From Eledone cirrhosa (Eukaryota): a DNA stretch of 64,000 bases. Positions 12,940 to 27,307 of this stretch are shown one piece after another (positions within the stretch are counted from its first letter, which is position 1; every line of letters starts with the position of its first letter). Location of the stretch: NCBI GenBank assembly GCA_964016885.1, contig OZ024757.1, positions 28,520,001-28,584,000 of the forward strand. Direction: 5' to 3'. The position numbers were made by a program, and so were the translations under genes. The notes beneath the pieces were generated by a model. The model saw nothing but the letters and a program-made list of their open reading frames with translations, was not told where the DNA came from and did not search any database.

Positions 12940-14215
12940 GGTGTGGTGGGGTGTGTTGTGGTGTAGTGTGGTGTAGTGTGGTGTGGTGTAGTGTGGTGTG
13001 GTGTGGTGTAGTGTGGTGTGCTATGGTGTAGTGTAGTCTTGTGTGTTGTGGTGTAGTGTGGTGTGGTGTGGTGTGGTGTAGTGTAGTATAGTGTGGTATG
13101 GTGTGGTATGGTGTAATGTGGTGTAGTGTGTTGTGTTGTGGTGTGGTGTAGTGTAGTGTAGTGTGGTGTAGTATGGTGTGGTGTGTTGTGGTGTAGTGTA
13201 GTGTAGTGTGGTGTAGTATGGTGTGGTGTAGTGTAGTGTGGTGTGGTATGGTGTGGTGTGTTGTGGTGTAATGTGGTGTAGTGTGGTGTGGTGTGATGTG
13301 GTGCGCTGTGTTGTGGTGTGGTGCGGTGCGGTGTGGTGTAGTGTGGTGTGGTGTGTTGTGGTGTGATGTGTTGTGGTGTGGTGTGGTGTAGTGTAGTGTG
13401 GTTTAGTGTAGTGTGGTGTAGTATGGTGTGGTGTGGTGTGTTGTAGTGTAGTGTGGTGTAGTATGGTGTGGTGTAATGTGGTGTAGTGTGGTGTGGTGTG
13501 ATGTGGTGTGGTATTGTCTGGAGCTGCATTATGTAGTGTAGTGTGTGAAGTATGCTGTGGTGTTTGTGGTGTGATGTAGTGTAGTTTTTATTGAGAAGTG
13601 TTGTGTTATATGGAGTAGGATAGTATGTGTGTATTGTGTGATGTGGTATTATATTATGTGGTATAGTGATTTAGAGTGTGATGTGGTATAGTGTGGTGTT
13701 TATGGAGGAGTGTAGTGGAGTTAGAGTGTCATATAATGTGCTAAAGTGACATGTAGTGTGTTATAGTGTATTGTAGTGTGGTGTGGTGTAGTTTGATATA
13801 GTGTGGTGTGGAGTGGTGTAATGTAGTGTGATGTGGTGTGATGTAGTGTGGTGTGGTGTGGTGTGGTGTGTTGTGGTGTGGTGTGTTGTGGTGTGATACG
13901 GTGTGGTGTGCTGTAGGGTGATGTAGTGTAGTGTGGTGTGGTGTGATGCGGTGTAGTGCGCTGTGGTGTGATACAGTGTGGTGTAGTTTGATGTAGTGTG
14001 GTGTGGGGTGATGTGGTGTGGTGTGGTGTGGTCTAGTGTGGTGCAGTGTAGGAACAAAGAGAGGATGTGGCAATCAGAAGTATTCGGACATTGTTGATGA
14101 ATAGATAATTATGGTGAGGTGATGTGGAGTGTTATGTCATAGTGGTGTGGTGTGGTGTAGTGTGGTGTGGTGTGGTGTGGTGTAGTGTGGTGTGGTGTGG
14201 TGTGGTGTGGTGTGG
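12940..14215. repeat. (GTGTG/GTGTA)n pentanucleotide satellite
   Basis: Directly visible; explains the HTTPH ORFs. Confidence 0.95.
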
Positions 14216-15272
14216 CTGTTGGTCAGGTGCTATTGTTACATATATACATACATGTGTAGGTGTCTACACATGTATGTATATATGTAACAATAGCACCTGA
14301 CCAACAGCCACACCACACCACACCACACCACTATGACATACATGCACACACATTCATACATGCACACACATATACATACATACATACACACATACGTCAT
14401 ACATAGATACATATATACATACACATATACATACACATACACATATACATACATACATACACATACATACACATCATACATACATACATACTCATCATAC
14501 ATACATACATACACATCATACATACATACATACACATCATACATACATACATACATACACATCATACATACATACTCATCATACATACATACATAGATAC
14601 ATACATACATACATACATACATATACATACATACACATCATACATACATACTCATCATACATACATACATACTCATCATACACATCATACATACATACAC
14701 ATCATACATGCATACATACATACACATCATACATACATAGATACAGGTGGTTACCCACTACACCACCGCCTGGATGTTCAAAGGATCCAGGATCAAAGAA
14801 ATGGATTATTGCTTCCGTGGAGGAGGGGTGTCTATTGATTTGATGTGAGGGTAGAGGTAGGAGGGAAGAGAAGAGTAAGAGTATGAAGGTAGCAAAGAGT
14901 AGTGAGGGGTATATAGGTGAGAAAGGGATGGGAAGAGGAGAGATAGACATAAGAGAGGGTAGGGGTGGGAATAGGGTAACAAATAATTTACGCAATTGGA
15001 CAAGCTCTGCCTTCTCTAACCTACCCCATTGTATTAGTGTGTGTGTGTATATATATATATACACATGTATATATATGTGTGTGTGTGTATATATATATTT
15101 TACTCTTTTACCCTTTTACCTGTTCCAGCCACCTGGCTGAGGCCATGCTGGGTGGGGCACCATATATATATATGCAAATATATATGTATATATGTGTATA
15201 TCATCATCATCATCGTTTAACGTCTATCTTCCACGCTAGCATGGGTTTTTATATATATATATATATAAACAC

Positions 15273-15305
<33 letters not shown>

Positions 15306-15411
15306 CACACATATATATATATACACACAAAAATATATATGTATATATATGTATGTATATATATATGTATATATTTATGTAAGTATATATGTATGTATAT
15401 ATTTATGTAAG

Positions 15412-15442
<31 letters not shown>

Positions 15443-15497
15443 GTGTATATTTATGTATGTGTATATATATATATATATGTATGTATATATATATAAT

Positions 15498-15630
15498 GAA
15501 GGAAATGTGGTAAGGAACCAGGTGGACCATAACACACCAAAGTACTCAATACTTAGGGTAGTAGAGTGGGTAATAGGAACAAGTAAGACCCCGACGGCTT
15601 GAGCTCAGCCGTCGGGTTCTTACTTGTTCC

Positions 15631-15633
<3 letters not shown>
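15498..15633 (-). mobile_element. Second copy of the 1797-1956 fold-back element
   Basis: Same tail (ggaaatgtggtaaggaacca...agtactcaatacttagggtagtagagtg) with a shorter palindrome at 15573-15633 centred on GAGCTC; flanked by (TA)n. Confidence 0.65.
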
Positions 15634-15663
<30 letters not shown>

Positions 15664-15670
15664 GTATGTA

Positions 15671-15713
<43 letters not shown>

Positions 15714-15845
15714 TGTGTGTGTATATATATATGTATGTATATATATATATGTATATATATATGTATGTATGTGTGTGTATGTATGTATATATGTATGTAT
15801 ATATATATATATGTATATATATATATGTATGTATGTGTGTGTATG

Positions 15846-15892
<47 letters not shown>

Positions 15893-15970
15893 TGTGTGTG
15901 TATATATGTTTCATTCACATAAAATCATTATATATACACATGTAATCATGTGTATGCATATATATATATC

Positions 15971-16302
15971 ACCCCCACCCCATCCACACCACCCCGTTCT
16001 ATGTAAAGTTATGTTGGTGCCGCGCCATCCAGGCCGAAACAAATGAGATCGTGTAGGTGTCACGACAAAAAAACACACAGTCCACGCTGTAATGTGGCCG
16101 TGTAGGCAACACGGTAAAAACCTCCCAGACCCACACTGTAAATGTGGTTGGTGTTAGGAAGGGCATCCAACTGTAGAAAACCTGCCAGACAGTCCTATGC
16201 GAGCAAGACAATCACTCTTGCCTCAAGTGGGACTACCCCCGTCCAAACCCATGCAAGCGTGGAACACGGACGTTAAACGTTGATGATGATGATGATGATG
16301 AT
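15971..16302 (+). mobile_element. RTE 3' UTR-only copy
   Basis: Nearly identical to about 62370-62684; (GAT)n tail. A more diverged copy lies at about 17575-17843. Confidence 0.85.
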
Positions 16303-16739
16303 ATAGGACAGTGAGGTTTCAGGATAGTTTGGCTGCTATTTCAAACAGCATCAGCAACTGCTTAGAGCCTCCTTCATCAATAAAAGTTGCAGTTGTTGTT
16401 GTTGTCATTGGTGTGGTGGTAGACTTTATGATGTTGTTGTTGATGATGGTGATGATGATGTTGGAGTTTATGGTTGAGTTGTTGCTGTCTATTATATTCA
16501 CTGCTTGGATGGTGTCTACAAAGACAGCAGGCTTTTCTTCTTGTTGTACAACAATAAATCAATAACAGAAACAATTGACTATGTTCGTCATTGTGGTGGC
16601 GGTAGCGGTGATGGTGGTGGTAGGAGAGATGGTAACGGCAGTGGTGGTGGTGGGAGTGGTGGTGACAGTGAGCATGATGATGGTGGTTGTGGTAACATGG
16701 AAAAGTGTACAGAAGGATATATATATAAACAATGTCATA

Positions 16740-17065
16740 TATATATATATATACACACACATATATAAATATCTATATATATACACACATATAAACAAGG
16801 GTATATTTATATATATATATATATATAAATAAATATATATATATATACACACATATGACACAGTTCTAGGATTGTAGAAGTCGTATTATCTTGAATAGAA
16901 TATATATATATATATATATTATATATATACACACACATATATAAATATCTATATATATACACACATATAAACAAGGGTATATTTATATATATATATATAT
17001 ATAAATATATATATACACACATATGACACAGTTCTAGGCTTGTAGAAGTCGTATTATCTTGAATA

Positions 17066-17100
<35 letters not shown>
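16740..17100. repeat. Direct tandem duplication of about 180 bp
   Basis: Two copies of ataaacaagggtatattt...gacacagttctagg.ttgtagaagtcgtattatcttgaatagaa. Confidence 0.85.
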
Positions 17101-17107
<7 letters not shown>

Positions 17108-18113
17108 CATATATATATGCATACATACATACTCATAAAATAGAGAGAGATGTATTTCTATATTTATGTACGTATTTATAAGAATGTACATGTGTATGCA
17201 TGTACTTACATTAAACAATCTGTACAATGGTTTCCAAATGAAGTGTTTACCTGTTGCTAATTACCATTTACACCTGGAGTGTTTACCTATTTACTATTGA
17301 TTTTATATTCCTCAAGAGGCTTTTTTTCCCCTCTTAGTGTCACTGAAGTACTATATATCCGGTTGTGCTCAGGTCTTCAATTGGCTCTATTCATACCTAA
17401 AGATCTTCTTGAAAACCAACCTATCAACTATTGAATTTTCAATACTGAATTGGTTTTCACTGTTGATCAGTTTTTAAAAACATAAAAGCAAATAATGGTA
17501 ACGATAATTGTTTCTACTTTTGGCACAAGGCCAGCAATTATCCCAATTATTGGTGTTTTATTACCACAACATCCAATCCAAACAGGTTGTGTAGGTGTCA
17601 TGACAAAAAGACACACAGTCCACCCTGTAATGTGGCCATGTAGGAAACACAGTAAAAAGGCTCCAGACTGTAAATGTGGTTGGTGTTAGGAAGGACATCC
17701 AGCCGTAGAAAACCTGCCAGATACAGTTCTACACTAGCAAGACACGGTCACCCGTTCAATCTTGCCTCAAGGGGGACTATTCCCGTCTAACCCATGCTAG
17801 CGTGGAAGATAGACATTAAACGATGATGATGATGATGATGATGACCCCCATAAGGATGAAATATGCAACTTTATGCTGCAAAGCGTGGCGTCCAACCCTC
17901 TAACATTGAATCTACGAGATTTTGATATTATCTATTTTGAGAACAGTACTTTAACATAAGTATGAGCAGCTTGTTATGGCCGGTTTGAACAGAAAGAGGT
18001 GAGAGACTTAGCAAAGCTAACCTCAGCAGGATTTGAACTCAAAATATTAACAAAACAACAGCAGAAGAAACAACAATATTTATGATGATGATAATGATAA
18101 CGATAATAGTGAT

Positions 18114-18152
<39 letters not shown>

Positions 18153-19114
18153 CTTTTTTTTAATAAAATAACAAGAACACAAAGAAATTTCAAATCAAGC
18201 AAGTAATTTCTTGTTAAATTGGATCTGTTTGTGATGAGTGGGGTTATGTGTAGTAGTGAAGGTGGTGTGGGAGGAAGTCAGTTTTGTGGGTGGGTGTGTA
18301 AGTGTGGTGGGGTGACAGAAGCAGAGGTGGGAAATGAAACAAACAAAAATGCGAAACATAAAGATTATCACCATCATTTAAAGTCCATTTCCCCTGCTAT
18401 ATTTATGTGTATGTATATATATATATAAACATATACATACACGTACACACATACATGTGTATACATCTCCCCATATATATATATACATATACATACACGT
18501 ACACACATACATATGTATACATCTCTCCATATACATATATATATATACACACACACGCACACACACGTATGCACAACATATGTATACACCCCCACATATA
18601 TATGTATACACAAGTGGAAGGTTAGTATATATATATATAAACAAGGTTCTATTCTTGTATAACACCCCCCTGGTCCCTTCACTGTCCATCTCTGAGGCTC
18701 TAAAATAACCCCCTACCAACACTTCCATCACCACCACCTCCGATATGAGTATAGCCAAGTGGTGGTGGAAGTGGGAAGTAATGGGAAGGTAATGGTGGTG
18801 GTGTGTTGGTTGAGGGTGGGTTATACCTCTGTAGGAGGAAGGTGGGAATGCAGAATGTTTTTACTAGCTGCAAATGATAATTTGGGGCTGATGTCTTTGA
18901 AGCTACCCCATTAACTATTTCCAATATGGCTACTGCACTGGGAGAAGGGAGGGAAGTGGCAAACAGAGAGGGAGGGAGAGAGAGAGAATGTAATATATAT
19001 GTTGCTATATTTTATATTATAATTTCTTTTATATATGTATATATATATTTAGTTTTTATTTTTGTTATTTAATATTTTGGACAGTAATCATCATTATTTT
19101 ACCTCTGCTCTATA

Positions 19115-19195
<81 letters not shown>

Positions 19196-19374
19196 AAGAG
19201 AGTGAGAGAGAGAGATGCATACATATGTATATATATACATATATACCACGAAAAATAGACTTTAAACCACAACGATGATGTTGATATTTATATTTATGTA
19301 TATATATATATATATGTGTGTTTGTGTGTATCAAGCATCAAACTAATATATGTCATCATTGTATTGTATTATCG

Positions 19375-19405
<31 letters not shown>

Positions 19406-19834
19406 AGTGTGTATATTGACTGGTATCTATGTTTCACCAATGCTGGCTAGTCAACCAAGTTATATATAATAATACAACTCTACCACAAGTATGGAGTCAC
19501 TATATCTGTAAATGTTTTGTTGTTTATATATCTAATAGCTGTCTATTCATACACACACAAATATACATACATATATATATGTGCACACCCACACACATAT
19601 ATAAGGACAAGAACACTCATCATCTGGCAAAGACATGATGACCTCCGTAGTGATGGTGCTATAATAGAATACACTTGGTAGAACACAGGATTGTATTTAA
19701 GCAAGAAGTAGGCCCCCTGGCCCATCTGCAAGGTTAGTAGCTCTACTGGAGTACTGACCAGTCTATGAAAGCACATCAAATCCTAGCAAGAAAATCAGAT
19801 GTTAAATGATGATATATTTGTATATATATATTCT

Positions 19835-20478
19835 TTTGGCATCTGTCGGTCTCAAATGACCATGGATATGTGCCAGGAGAATTTTGTGTCATCTGCTGTG
19901 GCTGTACAGACCCACATGAGAGTGGCAGTCTTGTATACAGCGACTGCATTTGAAGATGCTCTCTACCAGTGCTACCCTTTCTTTGAGCGCGTTTTTCTTC
20001 AGTGGCAATTTTCAGTTTCTTTTCCCCTCATTCCTTCCCCTTGTGTAATACTTGTCTCCATTGTGGGAGATCATTAGTGGCCTCCCCCCATCTCTGGATG
20101 TCTACATTTATTGACTTCATGTCTCTCTTGCAGACATCTTTGAAACGAAGATGAGGTCGTCCTCATGCTCTTGTGCCAGTGGCCAGTTCGCCAGACAGTA
20201 GGTCTTTTGGGATCTTTCCATCTGGCATACGATGTATGTGACCATGCCAGCACAGTTGGTGTTGTTGGAGCAGGGTGAATATGCTGGGTATCTCAGCATT
20301 GTTGTGGACATCAGTGTTGGTGACCTGGTCAGTTCACTGATATCCAAAATGCATCTCGGGCTACAAAGGTAGAAGACATTGAGACACTGCTCTTGTCTGA
20401 AGTAGAAGCTGCATGTCTTGCTGCCATAAAGTAGTGTGCTGAAGACACATACCATGTAGACAGCAATCTTGGTTTTTG
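19835..20478 (-). mobile_element. Degenerate RTE (BovB-like) LINE 3' fragment
   Basis: Frameshifted STLLYGSKT...RCILDI, then GHVHRMPDGKIPKDLLSGELATG...GRPHLRFKDVCKRDMK-like residues. Confidence 0.85.
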
Positions 20479-21454
20479 TACCTTACTGGTACTTTATTTT
20501 ATCCACCCCGTTAGGATGAAAGGCAAAGTCAACCTTGGCGGGATTTGAACTCAGAATGTAAAGGGCCATAACTAAATACTGCAAAGCATTTTATCCAATG
20601 CTCTACCAATTCTGTCAATCCACCGCCCTGCCCTTATAATTAATGATAATAAACAAAACATGATGGTCAAGGCTGGAGAATGTCTTTGATTGCAGGTCTG
20701 CTCAAGCTAGACTGAGCCAGGCTGGGGTTAAACCACAGCACAAGGCTGGAGAACATCTTTGATCAAAGGTCTGCTCAAGCTAGGCTGAGCCAGACTGGGG
20801 GCTACACTGCCACCAACATAACCACCACCATAACCACAGCTACTAGGACAGGTCTCTTAAAAGATGGTGTTATGTATGGAGGTTGATAATGATGATGATG
20901 ATGAAGAGGAGGAGTAGGAGGATGAGAAGGAAGAGTCTGCTGTGATCAGCATGACTCAAAGTTGAAGAAGGTTAGCAAGAACTCTTTGTGATTTATGATT
21001 CCATCAACCAAACACTGAAATCAATCATGGCATCAAATTTCAGTCTGAAAATGGAACTGGAGAGAGACAAAGGACGAGAAAACAGAGATAGAAAATTTAA
21101 ACAAAATATACAACAAAAAATATATATACAAAAAAAGGCAAAACAAAACAAAAATATAACCCAAACAAAATTGGGGGCTACCTAATAAATGATAGACAAG
21201 AAATGGAGGTAGTGGTGGTGGTACGGGGGGGCCCCCTTAATGTGGTGGCTAGATCTTTCCATACCATTAAGTTAGATGGTGCCGATTGGATGATTGCATG
21301 ATTGTCTAGCTGTTGTCTGGTTGTATCGAGATGATTGGATGGTTAAATGGTTGATGGTTGGATATATCTGTCTATCTGTTTCTTTTTTCTGTCTTTGTTG
21401 CATGTCTGTCTGTCTGTCTGTGCTCAGATATCTTCATCTTTTTGTGTTTTCCTT

Positions 21455-21781
21455 GTATAGCTCCCACTTACATAGTCAATACATAGTAATACAGTGTTAT
21501 AATTGTTCCTGTGTACATAGCCTGTACCTAGTAATACAGGGCTACCATAGCTCCCTCTTACATTGACTGTACCTAGTAATACAGGGATATTATAGCTTCC
21601 TCTGTACCTAGTAATACAGGGCTACAGTAGCTCTCTCTCACATAATCTGTACCTAATAATACAGGGCTACCATAGCTCTCTCTTACATAATCTGTACCTA
21701 ATAATACAGGGCTACCATAGCTCCCTCTTACATAGTCTGTACCTAGTAATACAGGGCTACCATAGCTCCCTCTTACATAAT
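21455..21781. repeat. 45 bp minisatellite, about 7 copies
   Basis: Unit ctgtacctagtaatacagggctaccatagctccctcttacatagt. Confidence 0.9.
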
Positions 21782-23779
21782 CGGCACGTGGTTTTAATAA
21801 CTCGCTTCTTTTTATCATAATACTAAAATGAACATATCTATCCATCTATCTATATATCTATCTATACAGCCATCCATCTATCTATCTCCCCCTTACTGTA
21901 TGACTGTCTATTTATCAGTTCCTGAGTAAGTGTTTTCTACATCCACTTACACTTCTCTCAGCCAGCCAGCCAGCAAACCATCCATCTAACCAACCAACCA
22001 ACCAACCAGCAAACCAGCCAGATTGCTAGCCAGTGGTCAGTTAGATTTGCTGCCTGAATGTCCAGAGAAAGTACTTTGGCTCCATTGCAGAGGATTATCT
22101 TCCCTGTGATGAGGTAAATGTGGGCCATGATAGAGAGGGGAAGGAGAGGGAGTGGGGAGGAGGATATGGAGGAAGAAGGAGAGATGACTGAAGAAGAAGG
22201 AGAACGAGGAAGAAAAAGAAGACTGAAAAAGGAGACTGAGGAGGAAGATGACTGAAGAAGACAAAGTCAAAAACAACAAGAAAAGAAAGGGAGGGAATCC
22301 CTGCCACCACCAGTATCAGCTTATGTTTGTCTTGAGTGTTTGTCCATATTTATATCAATGGTCATTTGGCCGTTTCATCAATTGTACTCCTTTACCGAGG
22401 TGTCAGATTTAGTAAACTTTACAAAATCAAAAACAGGTTCAATACACAACACAGCCCCACTCCTTCTCTCACCCCACCTCACGTCTCCCTCCAATCATTG
22501 CCACAAGAAAATCCAGCCATTGATGGACACACCCTCTCTCTCTCACTCTCACTCCCCCACAGATACCCCTATCCTTAGTCTTATTTTGGGGGCTTTTCTG
22601 TCCGCCTGTCGGTCTGTCTGTCTCTGGCCAATGCAAAGTCGATAGATAGATGGATGGATAAAGATAGATAGATAGATGGATGGATGGATAGATATAGACA
22701 GACAGATAGATAGATAGAGATATATAGGTAGAAAGATATAGATAGATGGATGGTTAGTTAGATGGGCATTTGTAGGAATGGATGGCCAGAATGGATGATA
22801 GGGGCTGCAGTGGTCAAGAGGCTTGAGTGGATAATGGGGACAGAATGTGGGTAGCTGATGAGAGAGAGAAAGGGCTGGGGAGAGTGTAGGGAGGTTTATT
22901 GAGTGAGAGAATGAGATAGTAGAGGTGGTGGTGGTGGAATTAGAGGTAGAGAGGGGGTAGAGAAGGTGTGGTGGAGTGGGCTTGAGGGGATATTAAGTAT
23001 GATTTGTATCTAACCACAAGGATCTTCAAAAGAACTTTTCTACTGGGTTTAGCTGGGGAGGGGTGTGGAGAGGGAAAGGGAGGCTGGTTGGATTTTGTTT
23101 TGGCATGGATTAGATTTAGAAAATGGTAATTCCACTTAACTAGAGCTAAAGCCATCACCACCACCACTACCAGTACCACCATCACCAACACCACTACCAC
23201 CATTGCCACCACTACCAGTATCATCGCCACCACCATCACCACCACCACCATCACCATCATCACTACCACCACCATCGCCACCACTATCACATACCACCTT
23301 TAATGCTTCTGCCACCACCATGGTCATCACTAGTAACAAACCACTATCACATACCGTCTTAAATGACACTACCATTATTGTCACCATCATCATCATCATC
23401 ATCATCATCAATAACATAATCCAAATTTTCATAATCTTCTTCTTCATCATCATCAGCATCATCATCACTACAATCATAATCGTCGTCATCATCATCATCA
23501 TTATCATCAACAACAACAATAACAATACCATCATAATCATCATCAACATCCACAGCACTACCACTTTACAATCACAAGGTCCTGGGTTCTTATTCTACAT
23601 TTGTCCTTGTAAATAGTTATTTCTTCAAAATTACTCATACATTTAATCTTGTATATCATTTGTATATATTTGCTGAACATTTTATATAATTGAATCCTAG
23701 AAATGAACTATCAAACTATCATTTTTATGTTTATTCAGTAATCAACATAAACTATAGTGTTTCTCTTATGCAATCCATT

Positions 23780-24146
23780 AATTTGTCTTCTTCTTTGCCC
23801 TCTTATTCCTGAGAGGGCTGTGGGGGCAGAGTCCTTAAACACTCCTTCCAGTGGGCCTTGTCAGAAGCAACTGTTTCCAACTGATTCGGTTGGATCCCCA
23901 AGCGAGACCAGCCAAGCTTACTATTGTTATTCAACCACCTTTCTCAGGGCCTACTGCTTGGTTTCCTGTCAGTTGGTTTTGCCCCTAAAATCTGTCCAGC
24001 AATCTTTTCCTTAGACATTCTGACCACATATTTGTAGTATCGGAGCAGTGATCTCTCAATTCGGAGAAGTAGCGGCTCTACCTGGGGCAACTCTCTGATC
24101 TCCAAGCTATGTACTCTGTCACATAATGTTACTCCAAAGACCCTTA
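23780..24146 (-). mobile_element. Degenerate RTE LINE 3' fragment
   Basis: LRVFGVTLCDRVHSLEIRELPQVEPLLLRIERSLLRY...VVRM, typical of an RTE C-terminus. Confidence 0.8.
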
Positions 24147-24904
24147 ATTCATAAAAAATATAAATTTCCCAGTTAATATGGTTGTTCATATATCCAGTAA
24201 TCCTGGTATTTATGACATGCCAATCCAGGACACCAAATATTAACCAGAGATGTAACAAGGAAAAATACCACCTATGGCAAACATTGAAATTGCACCCCTG
24301 CCCATGCAGCAAGCTATATTTTAGTTGTTAGGCATTGGGATTGACAGCACAGTTTAAATAAATGAGGGCTTAGGGTATTAAACTGCATTTTCATTTGTTT
24401 TACGGGTATCGTTTACACTTAAGTATATGTAAAGTGTTAGTGTATTTAGAGGAAGTGATCTGTGTAATATTGATCTTTGACAAATATTAAAACCCTATTA
24501 AAATATTTGACAAGTCATACTATGAGGTATGCCTCAGTAATCATGTAGTTCCCAGCACTGTATTTTTACCTATGGAGGCCTAATATTATATATAAATGGT
24601 TTAATGATCCAGCCTCCATAGTGTTTCTCACCCATGATAATCAAAGACAGATCATATATCTGAAGAAGTTTCTTTTTTCACTCTCTGACAACACCTTATC
24701 TGACTTTAATAGAAAGTGCTCCTAGTCCAGGTAGCGCCCCCTTTCATGTGGCACCATCGCATGTGCCATGCTTAACATACCCTAGATACACCTCTACATT
24801 CAACACTATTGCTGATATTATTGTGTGTGTGTATGTGAGTGTGAGTACCTCCACCAACTCATATATACACATATACATATACATATATATGGTAGTGGTG
24901 ATTG

Positions 24905-25835
24905 TGTTGGCAGTGATGTTGTTGTGGGGGTGGTGGTTGTGGTATTGGTGATGGATGTTGTTGTGGTGGCAGTGATGTTGTTGTGGAGGTGGTGGTTGTG
25001 GTATTGGTGATGGTTGTTGTTGTGGTGGCAGTGATGTTGTTGTGGAGGTGGTGGTTGTGGTATTGGTGATGGATGTTGTTGTGGTGGCAGTGATGTTGTT
25101 GTGGAGGTGGTGGTTGTGGTATTGGTGATGGTTGTTGTTGTGGTGGCAGTGATGTTGTTGTGGAGGTGGTGGTTGTGGTATTGGTGATGGTTGTTGTTGT
25201 GGTGGCAGTGATGTTGTTGTGGTGGTTGTGGTATTGGTGATGGTTGTTGTTGTGGTGGCAGTGATGCTGTTGTGGAGGTGGTGGTTGTGGTATTGGTGAT
25301 GGTTGTTGTTGTGGTGGCAGTGATGTTGTTGTGGAGGTGGTGGTTGTGGTATTGGTGATGGATGTTGTTGTGGTGGCAGTGATGTTGTTGTGGAGGTGGT
25401 GGTTGTGGTATTGGTGATGGTTGTTGTTGTGGTGGCAGTGATGTTGTTGTGGAGGTGGTGGTTGTGGTATTGGTGATGGTTGTTGTTGTGGTGGCAGTGA
25501 TGTTATTGTGGAGGTGGTGGTTGTGGTATTGGTGATGGTTGTTGTTGTGGTGCAGTGATGTTGTTGTGGAGGTGGTGGTTGTGGTATCGGTGATGGTTGT
25601 TGTTGTGGTGGCAGTGATGTTGTTGTGGAGGTGGTGGTTGTGGTATTGGTGACAGTTGTTGTTGTGGAGGTGGTGGTTGTAGTATTGGTGATGGTTGTTG
25701 TTGTGGTGGCAGTGATGTTGTTGTGGAGGTGGTGGTTGTGGTATTGGTGATGGTTGTTGTTGTGGTGGCAGTGATGTTGTTGTGGAGGTGGTGGTTGTGG
25801 TATTGGTGATGGTTGTTGTTGTGGTGGCAGTGATG
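24905..25835. repeat. 59 bp minisatellite, about 16 copies
   Basis: Unit ggtattggtgatggttgttgttgtggtggcagtgatgttgttgtggaggtggtggttgt. Confidence 0.95.
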
Positions 25836-26935
25836 CAGCTTGTGATGTTGGTAGTTGTTGGTGGCCATATGGTGTCGGTGGTGGTGGTATTGGTTGTGGT
25901 GGTTGTTGTGTTAGTGGTTAAGGTGGGGATTGTGCTGTTAGTAGTGGTAGCGATGGTTGTAGTGGTGGTGCTGTTAGTATTAGTAATAATAGTTCTGGTG
26001 GTGGTGGTGGTGGTGGTGGTGGTGGTGGTAGTAGTAGTTGTGGTAGTTTGATAAAGCATATAGTCTGTGATGATGTTCATAGGGTGAGTTCAGTGTGGGG
26101 TGGAGAGGGAGGTTGAGTGTATGTAGGGGGAAACAAAGCCACCCAATAATGTAGGGGGAGAGGTATTAATGTCATCCTCCTTCTCCCCCTCCCCTCTTAA
26201 ACTCCACCGTCCCCATTTTCCTCATGTTCAATCACATATGTGGTCATGTTTTGTAATGAGTAGCGGATGTGGGGGGGGGGGATGGCACTGTGACACAATG
26301 ACAGTGGGGGGGGGGTATTGAGTGTGTATGTGTGGAGGGGGTTGGAAATGGAAGAGGGTCCTTAGATGTGTAGGGGGGGGAATAGAGATTGATTTATGAT
26401 GTTTAAAGTAGCAGAGAGTGGTGGTGGTGATGGTAGTGGTGGTTGTTGTTGTGGTGATTGTAATAGTGATGGTGGTGGGGATGGGGGTAGTAATGGTAAT
26501 AGTGATAGAAGTGGTGGTGGTGGTGGTGGTAATAGTGATGGTGGTGGTGGTAATAGGGATGGTGGTAGTGGTGGTTGTGCTGGTGATGATGGTTGTTTTA
26601 TCCCCAGGTTGTCGCTGATCAGAACTATGATCAAAGGCATTCCAGCCACAACCATCCTATCACTTTGTGTACCAGGGACCTTATTATCAAATGTGTTCTT
26701 CCTTTTTTAAGATGCTATGATGTCTAGTATGATTTGAGGGAAATTTGTTTGCTTTTTCAGTAGATTAAGATACCACATACAGACTCCCTTGTGTGTTGAT
26801 AGTGTTGTTGTTGTTGTTTAACCCTAGGTCATCCCCTAAGCCTTAGATCAACCACCTTCCTATTGTTCAGTCATGTTTATTCCATCCTTTTTTGTATCTA
26901 TGCCATCATTATAGAGTGTATCCTGCTTTGTTTAA

Positions 26936-27307
26936 CCGTTTAGCATTTAAACCAGCCGTATGTGGCCAGAATTCACTCTCTTTCTATTCAAACTGGCCAC
27001 TCATACTGATGTGAAGGTATTGTTCTCAAAATAAATAATATCAAAATCTGATAGATTCGATTTTATGTGAGGTAATTATGTGAGGCAAAGCCTTTACCAT
27101 GAAAATACAATACTATATATAATGTACCGCATTTCCTGGTGTTGAAGACGCAACTATTTTCCTAAAATAAGTCTGAAAAATCTACCATGCATTCTGAAGG
27201 CTGAAGGTTGTTATTATTTTTTTTCAAATTTTTGGTTGTCAAAATTAGGGTGCGTCCTCAAAAACGAAGCGTCTTCGGCGCTGGGAAATATGGTTAATGC
27301 TAAATGG
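26936..27307. mobile_element. piggyBac-type MITE (family A) with a nested insertion
   Basis: TTAA-flanked; interrupted at 27127-27293. Confidence 0.75.
27127..27293. mobile_element. Tc1/mariner/pogo-type MITE
   Basis: Imperfect 25 bp TIRs ccgcatttcctggtgttgaagacgc and gcgtcttcggcgctgggaaatatgg; TA at the left end. Confidence 0.7.

Noticed and set aside
12735-14073. His/Thr-rich HTTPH ORFs
   Set aside because: Translation of a pentanucleotide satellite.
20993-21056. Minus-strand acceptor followed by SIFRLKFDAMIDFSVWLMES*
   Set aside because: A good polypyrimidine tract, but early stops in all frames and no donor or other support.
24654-24726. CTGAAGA...GAAAGTGCTC as a hammerhead
   Set aside because: No stem I or stem II pairing. 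CTGATGA at about 838 and 28272 and CTGAAGA at about 30406 and 37269 likewise lack a downstream stem and GAAA.
24818-26080. 420 aa T/H/Q/P-rich minus ORF
   Set aside because: The 59 bp unit is not a multiple of 3, so the peptide cycles through all three frames; a minisatellite artefact.
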